DNA of 64,000 nt, from assembly GCF_000143415.4 (NCBI RefSeq), contig NW_003314309.1, positions 489,459 through 553,458 on the forward strand, written 5' to 3'. Source of the stretch: Selaginella moellendorffii (Eukaryota; Plantae; Lycopodiophyta). This document shows positions 26,646-37,600 of the stretch, in pieces (the stretch's first letter is position 1; the number at the start of each line of letters is the position of its first letter). The notes beneath the pieces were generated by a model. The model saw nothing but the letters and a program-made list of their open reading frames with translations. It was not told where the DNA came from and did no database searches. The translations under genes and the position numbers were made by a program.

Positions 26646-27627
26646 AGGTCAAGTGTATGGCTATAATATTGTATATTAATATTAGTGTAGTGAAATTTTG
26701 ATATCCGTTAGATTGGCTTTAATTTTCTTTTGTATATAAGTTAGGCTTTTTAGGTAATTAATATGCACATTTTTCTATTCTATTTCCATATTCTATACAC
26801 TTAGAAATTTAATTATATTTTGTTGTTTCTTGCTCATATTTCAAAATAATGTAATATTATTTATAAGCTAGATAATATATAGACCACCTAATTATTTATT
26901 ATCTATTTGATATCAAATATTAAAACCATTCAAGATTTTATAAATAGCTCTAACTTAAACATTAATTAACATTTGCTGCTCTTTAGAAGAGATTTTGGTG
27001 CTTAAGCAAACCTATAGGGGACTAAGATGGTAGTGGATATACCTAGAATATTCTTGGATATTCTAGGATATTCTACCATTTAACGCTTGTTATTCATTTA
27101 GATTAATCTTATATTTATAATTTATAAACATTTTTATAGTTTATAAACTTTTTTAAACACTTCTAGTATATTCATTTTTATTCTACCATGTATGTAATAA
27201 CATTAATCTTGTGTTTATAAATTACAAACATGCTTATAATTATAAATTTTTATTTGATTGATTGGATTAATAAGTAAGAATAACACTATTATTAAGCAAA
27301 CCAAGCATTGTTACATGCAATGCATAGCAAATTATTTCTTAAGTGTTCAAAAAGCTAATAATTATAAATTATCTTCATTTTTATCTTGCTAATATAAAAA
27401 GTATTTAATATATTTTTTCTTAAAATTTTTGCAATTTTGATAAAATATAGTGTAGAGTTTTTAATCTCAAGCACTCACAATAGAATATTATTATACTCCA
27501 TAAAATGATCAGAACTAATCAATTCAAAAGCTTTTTTAGCTCCAAAATATTATTGTATAAATAATGAGAAAAATGTAATTATCACTTTTAAAATACTTTA
27601 TTAATGTTACCATTTGTTAATTTATTT

Positions 27628-28950
27628 TCACTTTTTAGTAAGAACAATCTTGCAGGCTGATGGAAAACCACCTGCTTCTATGCCTTCCCGTGTCACCTGA
27701 AAGCATTGCTCTAGCTCCAAGAGTTCCAGCCTTGGGCAACACTCTGCAATCTTTACAATCCCTGCGTTGGAGATGTTTGGACAGTGATTGAGCCTCAGCT
27801 CTCTCAAAAACCCAGGATTCCGGAGGGCGTCCAGCGACAAATCCGTGATCTTGGCGCAGCTCTGAGCGTCCAGCCTCTCCAGGACGTCACAGCCGGAGAA
27901 GATCGCTACGAGCGATTCGTCGGTCACCTCGGAGCACCAGTCGAGTTGCAAGTGTTTCAGAACCTGTCCCCGTTCCTTCGCCACCACCTGGATGGAGGCG
28001 TCGGTGAGATTTCTACAGCCCCCCAGAAGCAAACTCTCGAGGCTCCAACACTGTCGGGCGAGCGAGGCGATGGATTCGTCCGTGAGCTTCGAGCAGTCGA
28101 GGAGGTTGATGCCTTTCAAAGCCGGACAGGACCCTGCGAGGCTCGCCACTCCACTGTCTCCAACTTTCACGCATTTGCCAAGGTCAAGTAGCTGGAGCTT
28201 GCAGCAGCCGCGGGCGAGCGCTCGCAAGCCTCGGTCTGTGACACCAATGCAGCCACTCACGTCGAGCACCTCCAGCTCTTTGCAGTTCCTTGACAGAGCT
28301 TCCATGGCCCTGTCCGAAACTAGCTTGCATCTGCCAACTCGAAGGCTTATCAGTCTCGAGCAAGAATTTGCGAGCACCTCGATCGCTCTATCGGTGACTT
28401 TCCTGCAGCCGGACAAGACCACGCACCGCAATCCTGGAATTCCTTTGCCCAAAACTCCAACTCCCACATCAGTGATTCCTATCCAAGAACAAACCAACGA
28501 AGAACTGTAAGAGCAACACTCCAGAAAATAAAAAAGGACAGCAAAGAAACCTTTGCATTCTTGTAAGTTGATGCGCTCCAAGTTGTCGAAGTTCTTGGCT
28601 ATGGTCTCCAGATCCGCGTCGATGACTCCAGGAAAGAAAGATCTAGAGGTACTCTGCGCGAAGTCGAGCTCTATCAAGTTCGTGAAGCGAGCAGCGATTT
28701 TTTGTAGCATGAGTGGCCCGGCTCGTGCTGCGAGGCGCCGTCTCTCCGTGCTTTGGACCATCAGCCAGCGCTTGCAAACAAGGCTATAGTTATCCCTCTC
28801 ACCCTGCGTGTCGAGCTTGGAAAGGATCGCTCGCAAGCTATCATCCGTGAGGATCGAATTGATGCAAGCGTTGTCACCAGTCTTGCACGAAACCTTTGCA
28901 GCAGCGTCTGGCTGGGTCGGCTCCAGCTCGTAGTCCCGATCGAAAGCCAT
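27628..28950 (-). CDS. F-box/LRR-repeat protein (cysteine-containing LRRs, FBL4/At5g23340-like)
   Basis: F-box CINSILTDDSLRAIL..LVCKRW; ELDFAQSTSRSFFPGV; repeated L.LS.C..VTD LRRs. One 72-nt intron at 28479-28550. ATG 28950 follows a ttttgcag acceptor (5'UTR intron). Confidence 0.9.
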   Translation of the reverse strand: MAFDRDYELEPTQPDAAAKVSCKTGDNACINSILTDDSLRAILSKLDTQGERDNYSLVCKRWLMVQSTERRRLAARAGPLMLQKIAARFTNLIELDFAQSTSRSFFPGVIDADLETIAKNFDNLERINLQECKGFFAVLFYFLECCSYSSSLVCSWIGITDVGVGVLGKGIPGLRCVVLSGCRKVTDRAIEVLANSCSRLISLRVGRCKLVSDRAMEALSRNCKELEVLDVSGCIGVTDRGLRALARGCCKLQLLDLGKCVKVGDSGVASLAGSCPALKGINLLDCSKLTDESIASLARQCWSLESLLLGGCRNLTDASIQVVAKERGQVLKHLQLDWCSEVTDESLVAIFSGCDVLERLDAQSCAKITDLSLDALRNPGFLRELRLNHCPNISNAGIVKIAECCPRLELLELEQCFQVTREGIEAGGFPSACKIVLTKK

Positions 28951-29168
28951 GCCTGCAAAACAAGCAAGGCGATGAGCAGGAGGTAATTCTCGATCGAGCG
29001 AAATTTCGAGCGACACTGATGAAATTTCGCGTTTATCGTGCGCGAGATCGAGAATGCGGGCAAGAAAAGAGCCTGGATTGCATGAACGCACCTCGCCGCC
29101 GTGCCAAGCCGCCCTCGCTCGTTGGAGCCCTAAATTTTGGGCTTGCTTACCTAGAATCCTAGAAAGCA

Positions 29169-30338
29169 ATGGCGGGTGTCTTGGCTCGGCGCAAGCGGCC
29201 GCTTCTCGCGATTCCTCTACAGATTTCGCGATTTCGAGCGCTGTGCGAGAATGCAGGTAGCCGAGCTGGCGTTTCGCTCATCCAAGGAGCATCCCGGGGG
29301 TTGGGGCTGGAATTCGTGTGCGATATTCTCATTTTCTTTGTGTTCCTGTCTTGGTTCTCGATGTTCTTGAATCTTTCGCTATCGATCGTGTGATAATCTT
29401 CGTCTTTGTCCAGGTGAGGCAGTTGCTGGAGAGGAATGCCAAGGATTTCGTGGTTGCTACTTGCCGAAATCCTGTAAAGGCCGAGAATTTGGCAGCTCTC
29501 AAAGAGAAGTATCCTGATCGACTTCAAGTTTTAGGCCTGGATGTCACGGACGAAGACACGATCAAAGTAAACTTCCTGGATTTCTTTCTTGTTCATCGTT
29601 TCCAAGTGGCTGCGTGAAACTAGGAAGCAGCTAACCAAGTATCAAAGTTTCATGGGCCATTGGAGCTACTTGTCAACACCGCGGGAATCCTTCACGTCGA
29701 AAATCTCGTCACACCGGGTACTCTTTTCTCTTTTCCATGCCCGAGTTTCTAGCTTCTGGTTTTAGAGACATCGCTGAGCAAACTGGAGAAGGATGCGCTA
29801 CTTCTCACTTTCCAGATCAATGCCGCTGGTCCAGCACTTGTCATGAAGGTTCTCCATCTTCTTCCTTCGAATTCTCGTCGTGACTTTGTGCCGTTTCGAT
29901 TTATTCCAGCATATGTCACCGCTACTCAAATCCGGAGGAAGCCGAGAAGTTCCAGTGATCGCCAACTTGAGCGCCCGAGTTGGATCGATCGGGGACAACA
30001 AGCTGGGAGGCTGGCTGTCATATCGAGCGTCCAAAACGGCACTGAATCAGTGTAAGTTCTCGCTCCATTCCTCTAGAATTCGAGCTCACAAGCTCTCTCC
30101 AGTGACGAAAACCATATCGATCGAGCTAGCTCGGAGGAGACATCCCGTTGCCTGCGTGCTGCTCCATCCCGGAACCGTGGACACCGATCTCTCCAAGCCA
30201 TACCAGCGCAACGTCGCCAAAGAGAAGCTCTTCACGAAAGAATTCTCCGTGAGCAAGCTCCTGGCGATCATAGACCGCGTTGGGATGAAAGACACTGGCA
30301 AATTCTTCGCGTGGGATGGGCAAGAGATAGCGTGGTAG
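29169..30338 (+). CDS. Short-chain dehydrogenase/reductase, C-factor (CsgA)-like
   Basis: SLIQGASRGLGLEF|VRQLL; LDVTDE; VNTAGILH; NLSARVGSIGDNKLGGW.SYRASKTALN (YxxxK); LHPGTVDTDLSKP; FFAWDGQEIAW*. Confidence 0.92.
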
Positions 30339-30390
30339 CCGCCGGGGAGGGATATTCAGCGTGAATCTTTTGAATCTCTCAGACACCGTG

Positions 30391-30462
30391 CCACGTGGCA
30401 ACCGCGCGTTCGCTGCCGGGGACCACGCGGCAGACGCCCATTGGCAGGCGACGTGGCCACGT
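30391..30462. promoter_or_regulatory. G-box/UPRE/ERSE-like motif cluster upstream of HRD1
   Basis: CCACGTGG at 30391, CCACG at 30423, ATTGG at 30440, GACGTGG at 30450, CCACGT at 30457. Confidence 0.45.
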
Positions 30463-30796
30463 AAGATCAGTGTACCCTAAATTTTAGCGTTTTTACTGCA
30501 GAAGTAGCCCAGGATGGAAGTCGCTGGCGATGGCGCTAGATCGCTCGGGTTGGAGCTCGGCGGCGCTGGATTTTGCGACGGCAGCGCGGCTCGATGCTTA
30601 AGCGCGGAGTAGTCTGGTTGTTGAATCGGGTGTGCTAGCTCCAGGGATTTTCAAGGAGGAAGGTGAGATTAGGTGGACGCCGCTGCGATTGTCACTGGAT
30701 AGATCGTCGCTGCGAGAGGCCGGGCAGATTTAGGTCTGGTTTTAGGGAAGCGCGAGGGAATAATCCTTCGATCGAGAGGGGGAGCCACAGGAAGGG

Positions 30797-32863
30797 ATGG
30801 TGAAGCTTGGAACGTATGCGGCCGCGAGTGTGATTGGCGCCGTGGCTGTGGTCTACCATGCCTTCTACAGCAGGGAGCAATTCTACCCGGCCATGGTTTA
30901 CCTCAGCACCTCCAAGATCAGCGTTTTACTGCTCCTCAACTTCGCCTTTGTGGTGCTCTACGCGGTGTGGCAGCTGATCAAGATGATCTTCCTGGGGTCG
31001 CTGCGCGAGGCCGAGGTGGAGCGGCTCAACGAGCAGCTGTGGAGGGAGCTCATGGAGGTTTTGTTCGCCATGACCATCTTCCGGGAGGAGTTTAACGTGT
31101 CCTTCATCGCCATGGTGACAGTGCTCCTGTTTGTCAAGGCCTTCCACTGGCTGGCGCAGAAGAGGGTGGAGTATATCGAGATCACGCCTACTGTCTCTCG
31201 CCTCTCCCACGCCAGGATCGCGTCCTTCATGGCGTTCCTCTTGGTTCTCGACTCAATCTTCGTGCATTCGTCCGTGTCGTATCTCCTCCGAACGAAGCAG
31301 GCATCGGTGTCGCTCTTTTTCGCTTTCGAGTGAGTTCTCCTTGTCGCCTCGAGTTGTAGACGCTCTATAAAGTTCTTTGGTTTTGTAGGTACGTGATCTT
31401 GGCAACTTCGGTCGTCTCTATGTTTCTAAAGTACTCGCTGTATATGGGTGACATGTGGATGGACGGCCAGTGGGACAATAAGGCCGTGTATATCTTTTAC
31501 TTGGAGCTCGTTCGTGATCTGCTCCACCTCTCGCTTTATCTCTTCTTTTTCCTGGTTATCTTCATGTACGTTCAAGCTTTTCAAATCCTTTTTTTTGTCT
31601 AATGTTTGCGTTTTTGGCTTGCAGAAACTATGGTCTGCCCCTGCATCTGGTTCGTGAACTCTACGAGATCTTTAGAAACTTCAAAGCCAGGGTGACCGAC
31701 TTTATACGGTATAGAAAAGTGACATCCAACATGAACGAGCGGTTTCCGGATGCCACTGCAGAAGAGCTGGGACGGTCTGTATTTGTGCTCTTCTTTGCAT
31801 TTTCTTTTATCTGAGATACGGTTTTTCTTATCGCAGTAGCGATGCGACGTGCATTATTTGTCGCGAAGAGATGAGCACAGCAAAGAAACTCCCTTGCGGC
31901 CATCTTTTCCATGTCCACTGCCTGCGTTCGTGGCTAGAGAGGCAGCAGACTTGTCCGACTTGCAGATCTCCAGTCATAGCAGCAGAGGGAGGACCGCAGG
32001 CTGCATCACAAAGGCAGCAACAGCAAGGCCAGGCACCCGAAGGTATGTGGCATTAGCAGCTCCTCAAGTGCCAGCTTATTTTACCTTCGCTTTTTCAGGA
32101 CAAGCTACCCCCGCCAACGCCGCGGAAGGCAACGTATCACCGGAGGCTGACCAAGCAAGAGCAAGGATGCAAGCTGCGGCAGCCGCGGCCGCGCAATATG
32201 GCTCGTCTTTTGTTTATCCTGCAACTGGAGCCTCTGGAACAATGAGCTGGTACTTTTTTTTTCTTCTCGTTCTCACTCTTTTTTTCTGACTTGGTTAACC
32301 AGGTATCCTATGTACCTTCCTCTAGTTCCGCAGAACCAGCAACCTCTTAAAGACGAAGCGGCATCGCCACAAGTCGAGAAGAAAGCTACCGCCGACACAG
32401 GCGGCAGCTCTAACTCCCCTGGGCAGCTCCACGCTCGACATAACTCCCCTGGGCAGCCGTCGGTGACTTTAGGTGACCGCGTCTTCTTTCTGCCAATACT
32501 ACCAGGGCCTTCTTGGCCCTCACAGTCCAAGTCTGGAGAAAGGTCTGCCGCAACTAGCAGCAGTCCCCAGCAACAGCAGCAGAGTAACGTCCAACACAAG
32601 TACCTCCAGAGCACGATCGAGGTAAGTCACCTCTTTTGCTTTTCTATGTTCTCGTTCTTTTGGTCTTGTTTTAACTCATGGAATCTCTTGTCTAGCTTCT
32701 CCGGCAACAGCTCAACGTAGCACTGGAGCTGCAAAAGAGTATGGGCGACGCGTCGTCTCAAGAGGAGGAGCAGCATCTAGGAGATAGCGACGAGGCCTTC
32801 CGGGATAGGAAAGGAAAGGCCCGTGTCGACGATGAAGGCTCGACTTCGCTCGAAAAGCAGTGA
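30797..32863 (+). CDS. HRD1: ERAD E3 ubiquitin ligase HRD1 (synoviolin), multi-exon
   Basis: R.QFYPAMVYLSTSK; FLGSLREAEVERLNEQ; FHWLAQKRVEYIE; YGLPLHL; NMNERFPDAT; RING-H2 CIICREEM..AKKLPCGHLFHVHCLRSWLERQQTCPTCR. Confidence 0.95.
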
Positions 32864-32942
32864 ATCCAGGCAAGAATTTATTGTTTTTGTTCTTCCTTAT
32901 CGACGACTCCTACAATAAGAGAGAGGTACATACATAATTTAC

Positions 32943-34895
32943 TCACTTGCGCTCGTCGTCGTCGTTAGCACCGAACTGCGTGGCATTCCCATTCCAGTAC
33001 GTGTTGCCTCGCTTGAACATATCGTTGTCCTCGTCGTGCCTCAGAGTGTGGACGTTACTTCCCCAGCTAGTGGATCTCTTCGCGGGTGGCGGCGCTTTTC
33101 TCGAGTTATCAGCGTCATTGCTGCTGGGCTTCGAAGCTGGAAGAGAAAATCATACACAATGAGAGCAAGAACAAGAACTAAGAACAAACCTGCTGGCGAT
33201 GGCGACGGAGATGGAGGAGACTTTGGCCTCTCGGAAGGAGAAGCGTTGCCACCACGAACGTAAGAAAGAGGATTAAGATACGTGAGCCATCGCCCCATAC
33301 CACCAGTTGGACTGGAAGGCTTCGAGGGGCTTGTCACAAGCTTGGCATCGCTGCTTGGTACCAGGATAAGCACAGCGCGGTAGCCGATATCAAGGTCCAC
33401 CAGAGCTTTCTCGTAATCTGGAAGACGAGATGTTAAGAGTAGAAAGAAACCATCAACTCTACCTTCGGCATTGAAGATCTTGCGAGGAAATGGAACCGCA
33501 AAGGCGTAGCTCGCGTTGCCATCCGTCCTGTTCTCGTCCACGAAGGATTTCACTGTCCAGAGAGTGTCGCTCTTCTCAAACTCGCGGCGGATCACTGCTC
33601 CATCCGTGAGCTTCACTTGCAAGTGGACCTTGTCTGGGATTCTCAAAGGTCTCGGCTCGGGTGGCGGTGGCGATGGTGGAGTGGTGGTCTTCTTCTTGGC
33701 CACCGGCACTTCGAGCACGCAGCCCTTTACTTCTTCCACAGGCTCCACGCTCTGGTCGGGTGGAGTTTGGATTTCCTCTTCCATGGCTTGCGCAGTCAAC
33801 ACAGGCATCTGGCTCGTATCTTCCGAGAGCTCCTCACCACGATCGGACTCGGTTCGTGGCACTGGTTTCGAGAGCTCGTCACCCGGATCGGACGTGGTTG
33901 CTAGTGTCTCGTTCTTTTCCTCGACTTTGCAAAGAGACGCTTCTTTTGATGCTGGCAAAGTTTGTGTCGGCTCCTCGGGTTTTGAGGATGCGGCGTTCTG
34001 CGGACTTTCAAGACTTGATGACAAAGTTTGTGTCGGCTCCTCCGGTTTTGAGGATGCGGCGTTCTGCGGAGTTTCAAGGCTTGATGACAAAGTTTGTGTC
34101 GGCTCCTCGGGTTTTGAGGATGCGGCGCTTTCCGGAGTTTCAAGGCGTGATGACGCTGTTGGCATGCCCAACAAAGCAGCCATGGCTGTTTGCACCTATA
34201 CAGAAGAAGGAAGAAGCGAAGGTAATCTATCTATCCAAAACTGAAGGAAAAGTCTACCTGGAATTGGAACGTATCCACGGCATATTGCAACCTTTTCGAG
34301 AGTTCCTCTGGAGTGATGAATCCGTCTGCAAAAACGAGTTGAGAGCAAGAGAAAAACCAGCAAAGAATCCTTACTTTGCTCCCATAACTTTACACCTTGG
34401 TAGCCAATGGCTGTAATACTAGGCACAGCTGATATAGGATCTGCATTGAGACATTGGAAACAAGCTTGATCGTTTCCAAGAAGATCAAAATTGCAAAGCA
34501 TACATAAAACCGAGAAGTGAAGCGCATCAACGCTTCCATGCACCAAACGAAGAGCAACAAACTTTTCCAGAATCAAGCTTACAACCTGCGCTTGCGAAAA
34601 TCGAAGCTCTTCCTTGAAAGTCTTGTGAATTCTCTTACCTGCGGCGCTCTCCAGGTCGCTTCTTCCAGCCTCGCCGACTCCTCGCCATCATCTAAGTCAC
34701 ACATTTTAGGAGAGAATCGAAAGGGGGAAAAGCAAGAGATTGATTACTGGCAATGTAGACAAGAAATACTTTGGAGCTCTGCTGCGCGGTAGCTACGGCG
34801 CTCGGGATGGATCCCGCGAAGAACAGCGCATCCTGAAAGCCAGCGATGAGACGATCGATCGATTGTCGAGAAGCTCTTACACTATTTTGTGACAT
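32943..34895 (-). CDS. PUX11: Plant UBX domain protein 11-like (UBXN4/erasin family CDC48 adaptor)
   Basis: N-terminal F.GSIPSAV..A...KVFLVYI; SVDALHFS; AVPSITAIGY; UBX HLQVKLTDG..IRREF..DTL..VK.FVD..FAVPFPRK.F; C-terminal NVHTLRH...GNTYWNGNATQFG. The start assumes a 48-nt first intron. Confidence 0.88.
33955..34150 (-). repeat. Three near-perfect 66-bp in-frame tandem repeats in PUX11 (LETPxxAASSKPEEPTQTLSSS)
   Basis: TTTGAGGATGCGGCG recurs at 33981, 34047 and 34113 (66-bp spacing). Confidence 0.9.
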
Positions 34896-35371
34896 AGAGT
34901 GCCCACAAACCCTAACCCTAGGTAGGACCAAGTATCGATTCCCATTATATTGTTTTAAATTGTAAGAAAATGTGATTCTTCTTCCCGATCTTGCCGGGAT
35001 CTTTCCCCGGTTCCTTCGGAACTGGAACTGTAAAATTTTCCAACTATTTCGAGAAAGATCCGGCAGCCTTAATGGAAAGTCAGTTCCAATTTCTACGACG
35101 TAGGTGGATTTTCGCCTTGCCGAACCTTGTCCTTTAGTAATTTCAAAAAAAATTGGGAGAATTTCAACACAAGATGCTGATTCACAAAAAAAAAGCCAAA
35201 AGTTTTACCATGAAAGCTTGGACAGGAAAAAGCGCGAGCCAAATTTTATCACATTGCAAGATTGATGATCAAAGCTTGGACAATGAATGATTCACAGGAA
35301 AAAATCAAGTGCCTATACATTACTAATTAGCTCTCTAGGTACAAATCAATCAGTCGAATCGTTTACTTCAT

Positions 35372-35932
35372 CTATCTTCCCGTGCTGGATTGATGTGGAA
35401 ACAGAGCTCTTTGCGGTGTAGGCATGGAGTGGCCGCCACTGCTGCCCTCCTCACTGCCGCCGGCCTCGAGATCCACCCCCGCCCAGCCTAGCTCCGCCGC
35501 TCTCGCCCTCGCCAGCGACGCCTCTCGCCGCTGCTCGATGTACTTGCGCGTCCGGCACAGATAGACCCCAAGAACCACGAACGCGATCACGAAGAACACT
35601 CCCACCGCGATCCCAGCGATCGCCTGGTGCGAGATCGTGATCGTCTCGTCGTCGTCGTCGTCGTCGTTATCATCGCTGGATCCGGATCCATCGCCGTCGC
35701 TGGAATTGGATTGCTGCAGTAGCCAGCGTCGTCCAATCGATCCAATCGCTGGCTGGATCCGGTGGATCATGGATCCAGGAACTTCAAACCCGTAGTGGGC
35801 GATCTCATATGGTGATTCCTCGGCACCGCCGCCCGGGATCCAGATCGAAAGTAGCAGGAATAGAGAAAGAAGAAGAAGCAACGCGCTCCTCTGGGTCGCC
35901 GCCACCTCTCTGCCAAATAGCGCCATTTTCAT
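35372..35932 (-). CDS. Uncharacterised single-pass type I membrane protein
   Basis: Intronless ORF: signal-like LLLLLSLFLLLSIW, RRWLL motif, poly-Asp linker, TM AIAGIAVGVFFVIAFVVLGVYL, basic juxtamembrane segment. TATA-like sequence about 40 bp upstream. Confidence 0.7.
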   Translation of the reverse strand: MKMALFGREVAATQRSALLLLLSLFLLLSIWIPGGGAEESPYEIAHYGFEVPGSMIHRIQPAIGSIGRRWLLQQSNSSDGDGSGSSDDNDDDDDDETITISHQAIAGIAVGVFFVIAFVVLGVYLCRTRKYIEQRREASLARARAAELGWAGVDLEAGGSEEGSSGGHSMPTPQRALFPHQSSTGR

Positions 35933-36595
35933 CGCTGCCAAGATATCAAGCTCGAGGAGAATGGAAGTCTTTATAGAGAGAGAGACTTGACTCTACGTAC
36001 CTTTCCACACAATACATGATGCGTGTATGCGACCAGTTCAAAGTTTAAAGGTGTCGTATTTCTTGTGAATAGCGCGTTATAAGAGGGTTGTGCTTGGCCT
36101 GGGCCCTGGACCTTGAAGTCGACAAAACTTTTTTACCTTATATCCGCCATGGTCAACCTTTTATAACACTTCTTTCCGAACATTCCGAAAGCGCGCACAG
36201 ATATAATCTAGTCAAGCACGCAGTACAGATGGCAACTCAGACATATATTGATACAAAATACCAGTGACCATTGATAATTATAATATCCACAAAGATCATA
36301 CCGTTCTCCCTGTCCTGTATTCTCTCAAAATACTGCAACCTTCAACATCCATGAAACAGAGCCAGTGAGCAAACACACCACAGCATCTGCATGATCACAC
36401 TGAAGCAGGCAGAAAAGCAAAACTTGGACAATGCACCTTGGTACCGATCCTCACAGTTTTTGTATCCTACTGTTCACCCGAGAGTCAGCCCAATCCAAAT
36501 CCAATGCTTCACAGATTCTGGCAAGCCGCGAACAAAGTAGAGCACACTCGTTTCTTCAAGAGAAAACGCCTAAGCTTCTAGAGATTTAAAAACTG

Positions 36596-36874
36596 TTAAA
36601 AGAGATTAAACCAATCTCCAGAGCCTAAGTTGTAGCCAACTCCTCCCATCAAGGAGCCCTTGCTCATGTGCTTGCTAAGAGGATCTCGATCTCTTGGATG
36701 TCCTGGACGTGGTGGTGGCAACGGGGGCAATGGTCGCAATGGTATGGTCACCGCACTGATGAGTGTATCTTTTTCCTCTGCATGGTGATGTACTGTCATT
36801 TCCCCAAACAAGATCACGAGGTATGAAGTTAGTACTAGAATCCCTCTTTGCCACATGCTCTTGACTCCCACCAT
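36596..36874 (-). CDS. Possible small secreted proline-rich peptide precursor
   Basis: Hydrophobic ILVLTSYLVILFG followed by PLRPLPPLPPPRPGH. No homology recognised. Confidence 0.3.
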   Translation of the reverse strand: MVGVKSMWQRGILVLTSYLVILFGEMTVHHHAEEKDTLISAVTIPLRPLPPLPPPRPGHPRDRDPLSKHMSKGSLMGGVGYNLGSGDWFNLF

Positions 36875-37029
36875 GAAAGGTGAGACTGTCCAGCAGCGGC
36901 AGCATTGGCACTGGCTCCGCCTGCCCATAGATTTTCTGCACTCTATCGAGGGTTGATTATGGAGGTAGTTTTGTAAAGATTTACAGGTTTCTTTAAAGTG
37001 ATAAGATTTTTAAAAGAAAGATAATGATC

Positions 37030-37600
37030 TACATTTGACTTTAGTGATTGGTACATCTAAGATCCTAAGATACATTTGACTAGAGTGATTGGTCAATAGA
37101 GTCTTCTACAATATGATTGCATCACTAATCCAATAAACCAATTAATCTTTCAAGGTAGTGAGGTGAGAATAAGTTTTGAAAGAATTTTAGCATTCATTCA
37201 AGTAAGAGTTGTAGCAAATACATGTAGAATCAGACCTTTAGAAGACAATAAAAAGTGTGAACAACAGGTTATATTCTTTAAAAAGCTTATCTTATTATTA
37301 AACTTTTCATTAGTACTTCTTCCACATAAAAACTGTTAAAGTAATTAGTTTTTATTTTCATACTGAATGACTTTCCAGAGGAGCAATCAAGCACCACCAC
37401 AACTCATTTTTGTTGGATTCATTAAACTTTGTGACCTTGAAGTGGTAGTGATGGTTATATATTAGTTGACATTCAAAATGCATTGACTTTATTAAGTAAT
37501 AATATTATTTGATTCAATGGTATGAGAGTTTATTAAGATCCAAACTCAAACAAAAATAGCAAAGGCTTTTCAACTATACTCTCTTATACATCTTTTTCAA
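37030..37600 (+). mobile_element. Possible very degenerate Ty1/Copia RT-RNase H remnant in AT-rich DNA
   Basis: Weak motifs KILRYI, RGAI.., VDIQNALTLLSN resemble KRILRYL, GGAISW, DNQSA..LA.N, in the expected order. Confidence 0.3.

Noticed and set aside
28951-29169. 73-aa N-terminal extension of the F-box ORF
   Set aside because: Starts at a non-ATG codon, overlaps the SDR start, and a splice acceptor lies just before ATG 28950.
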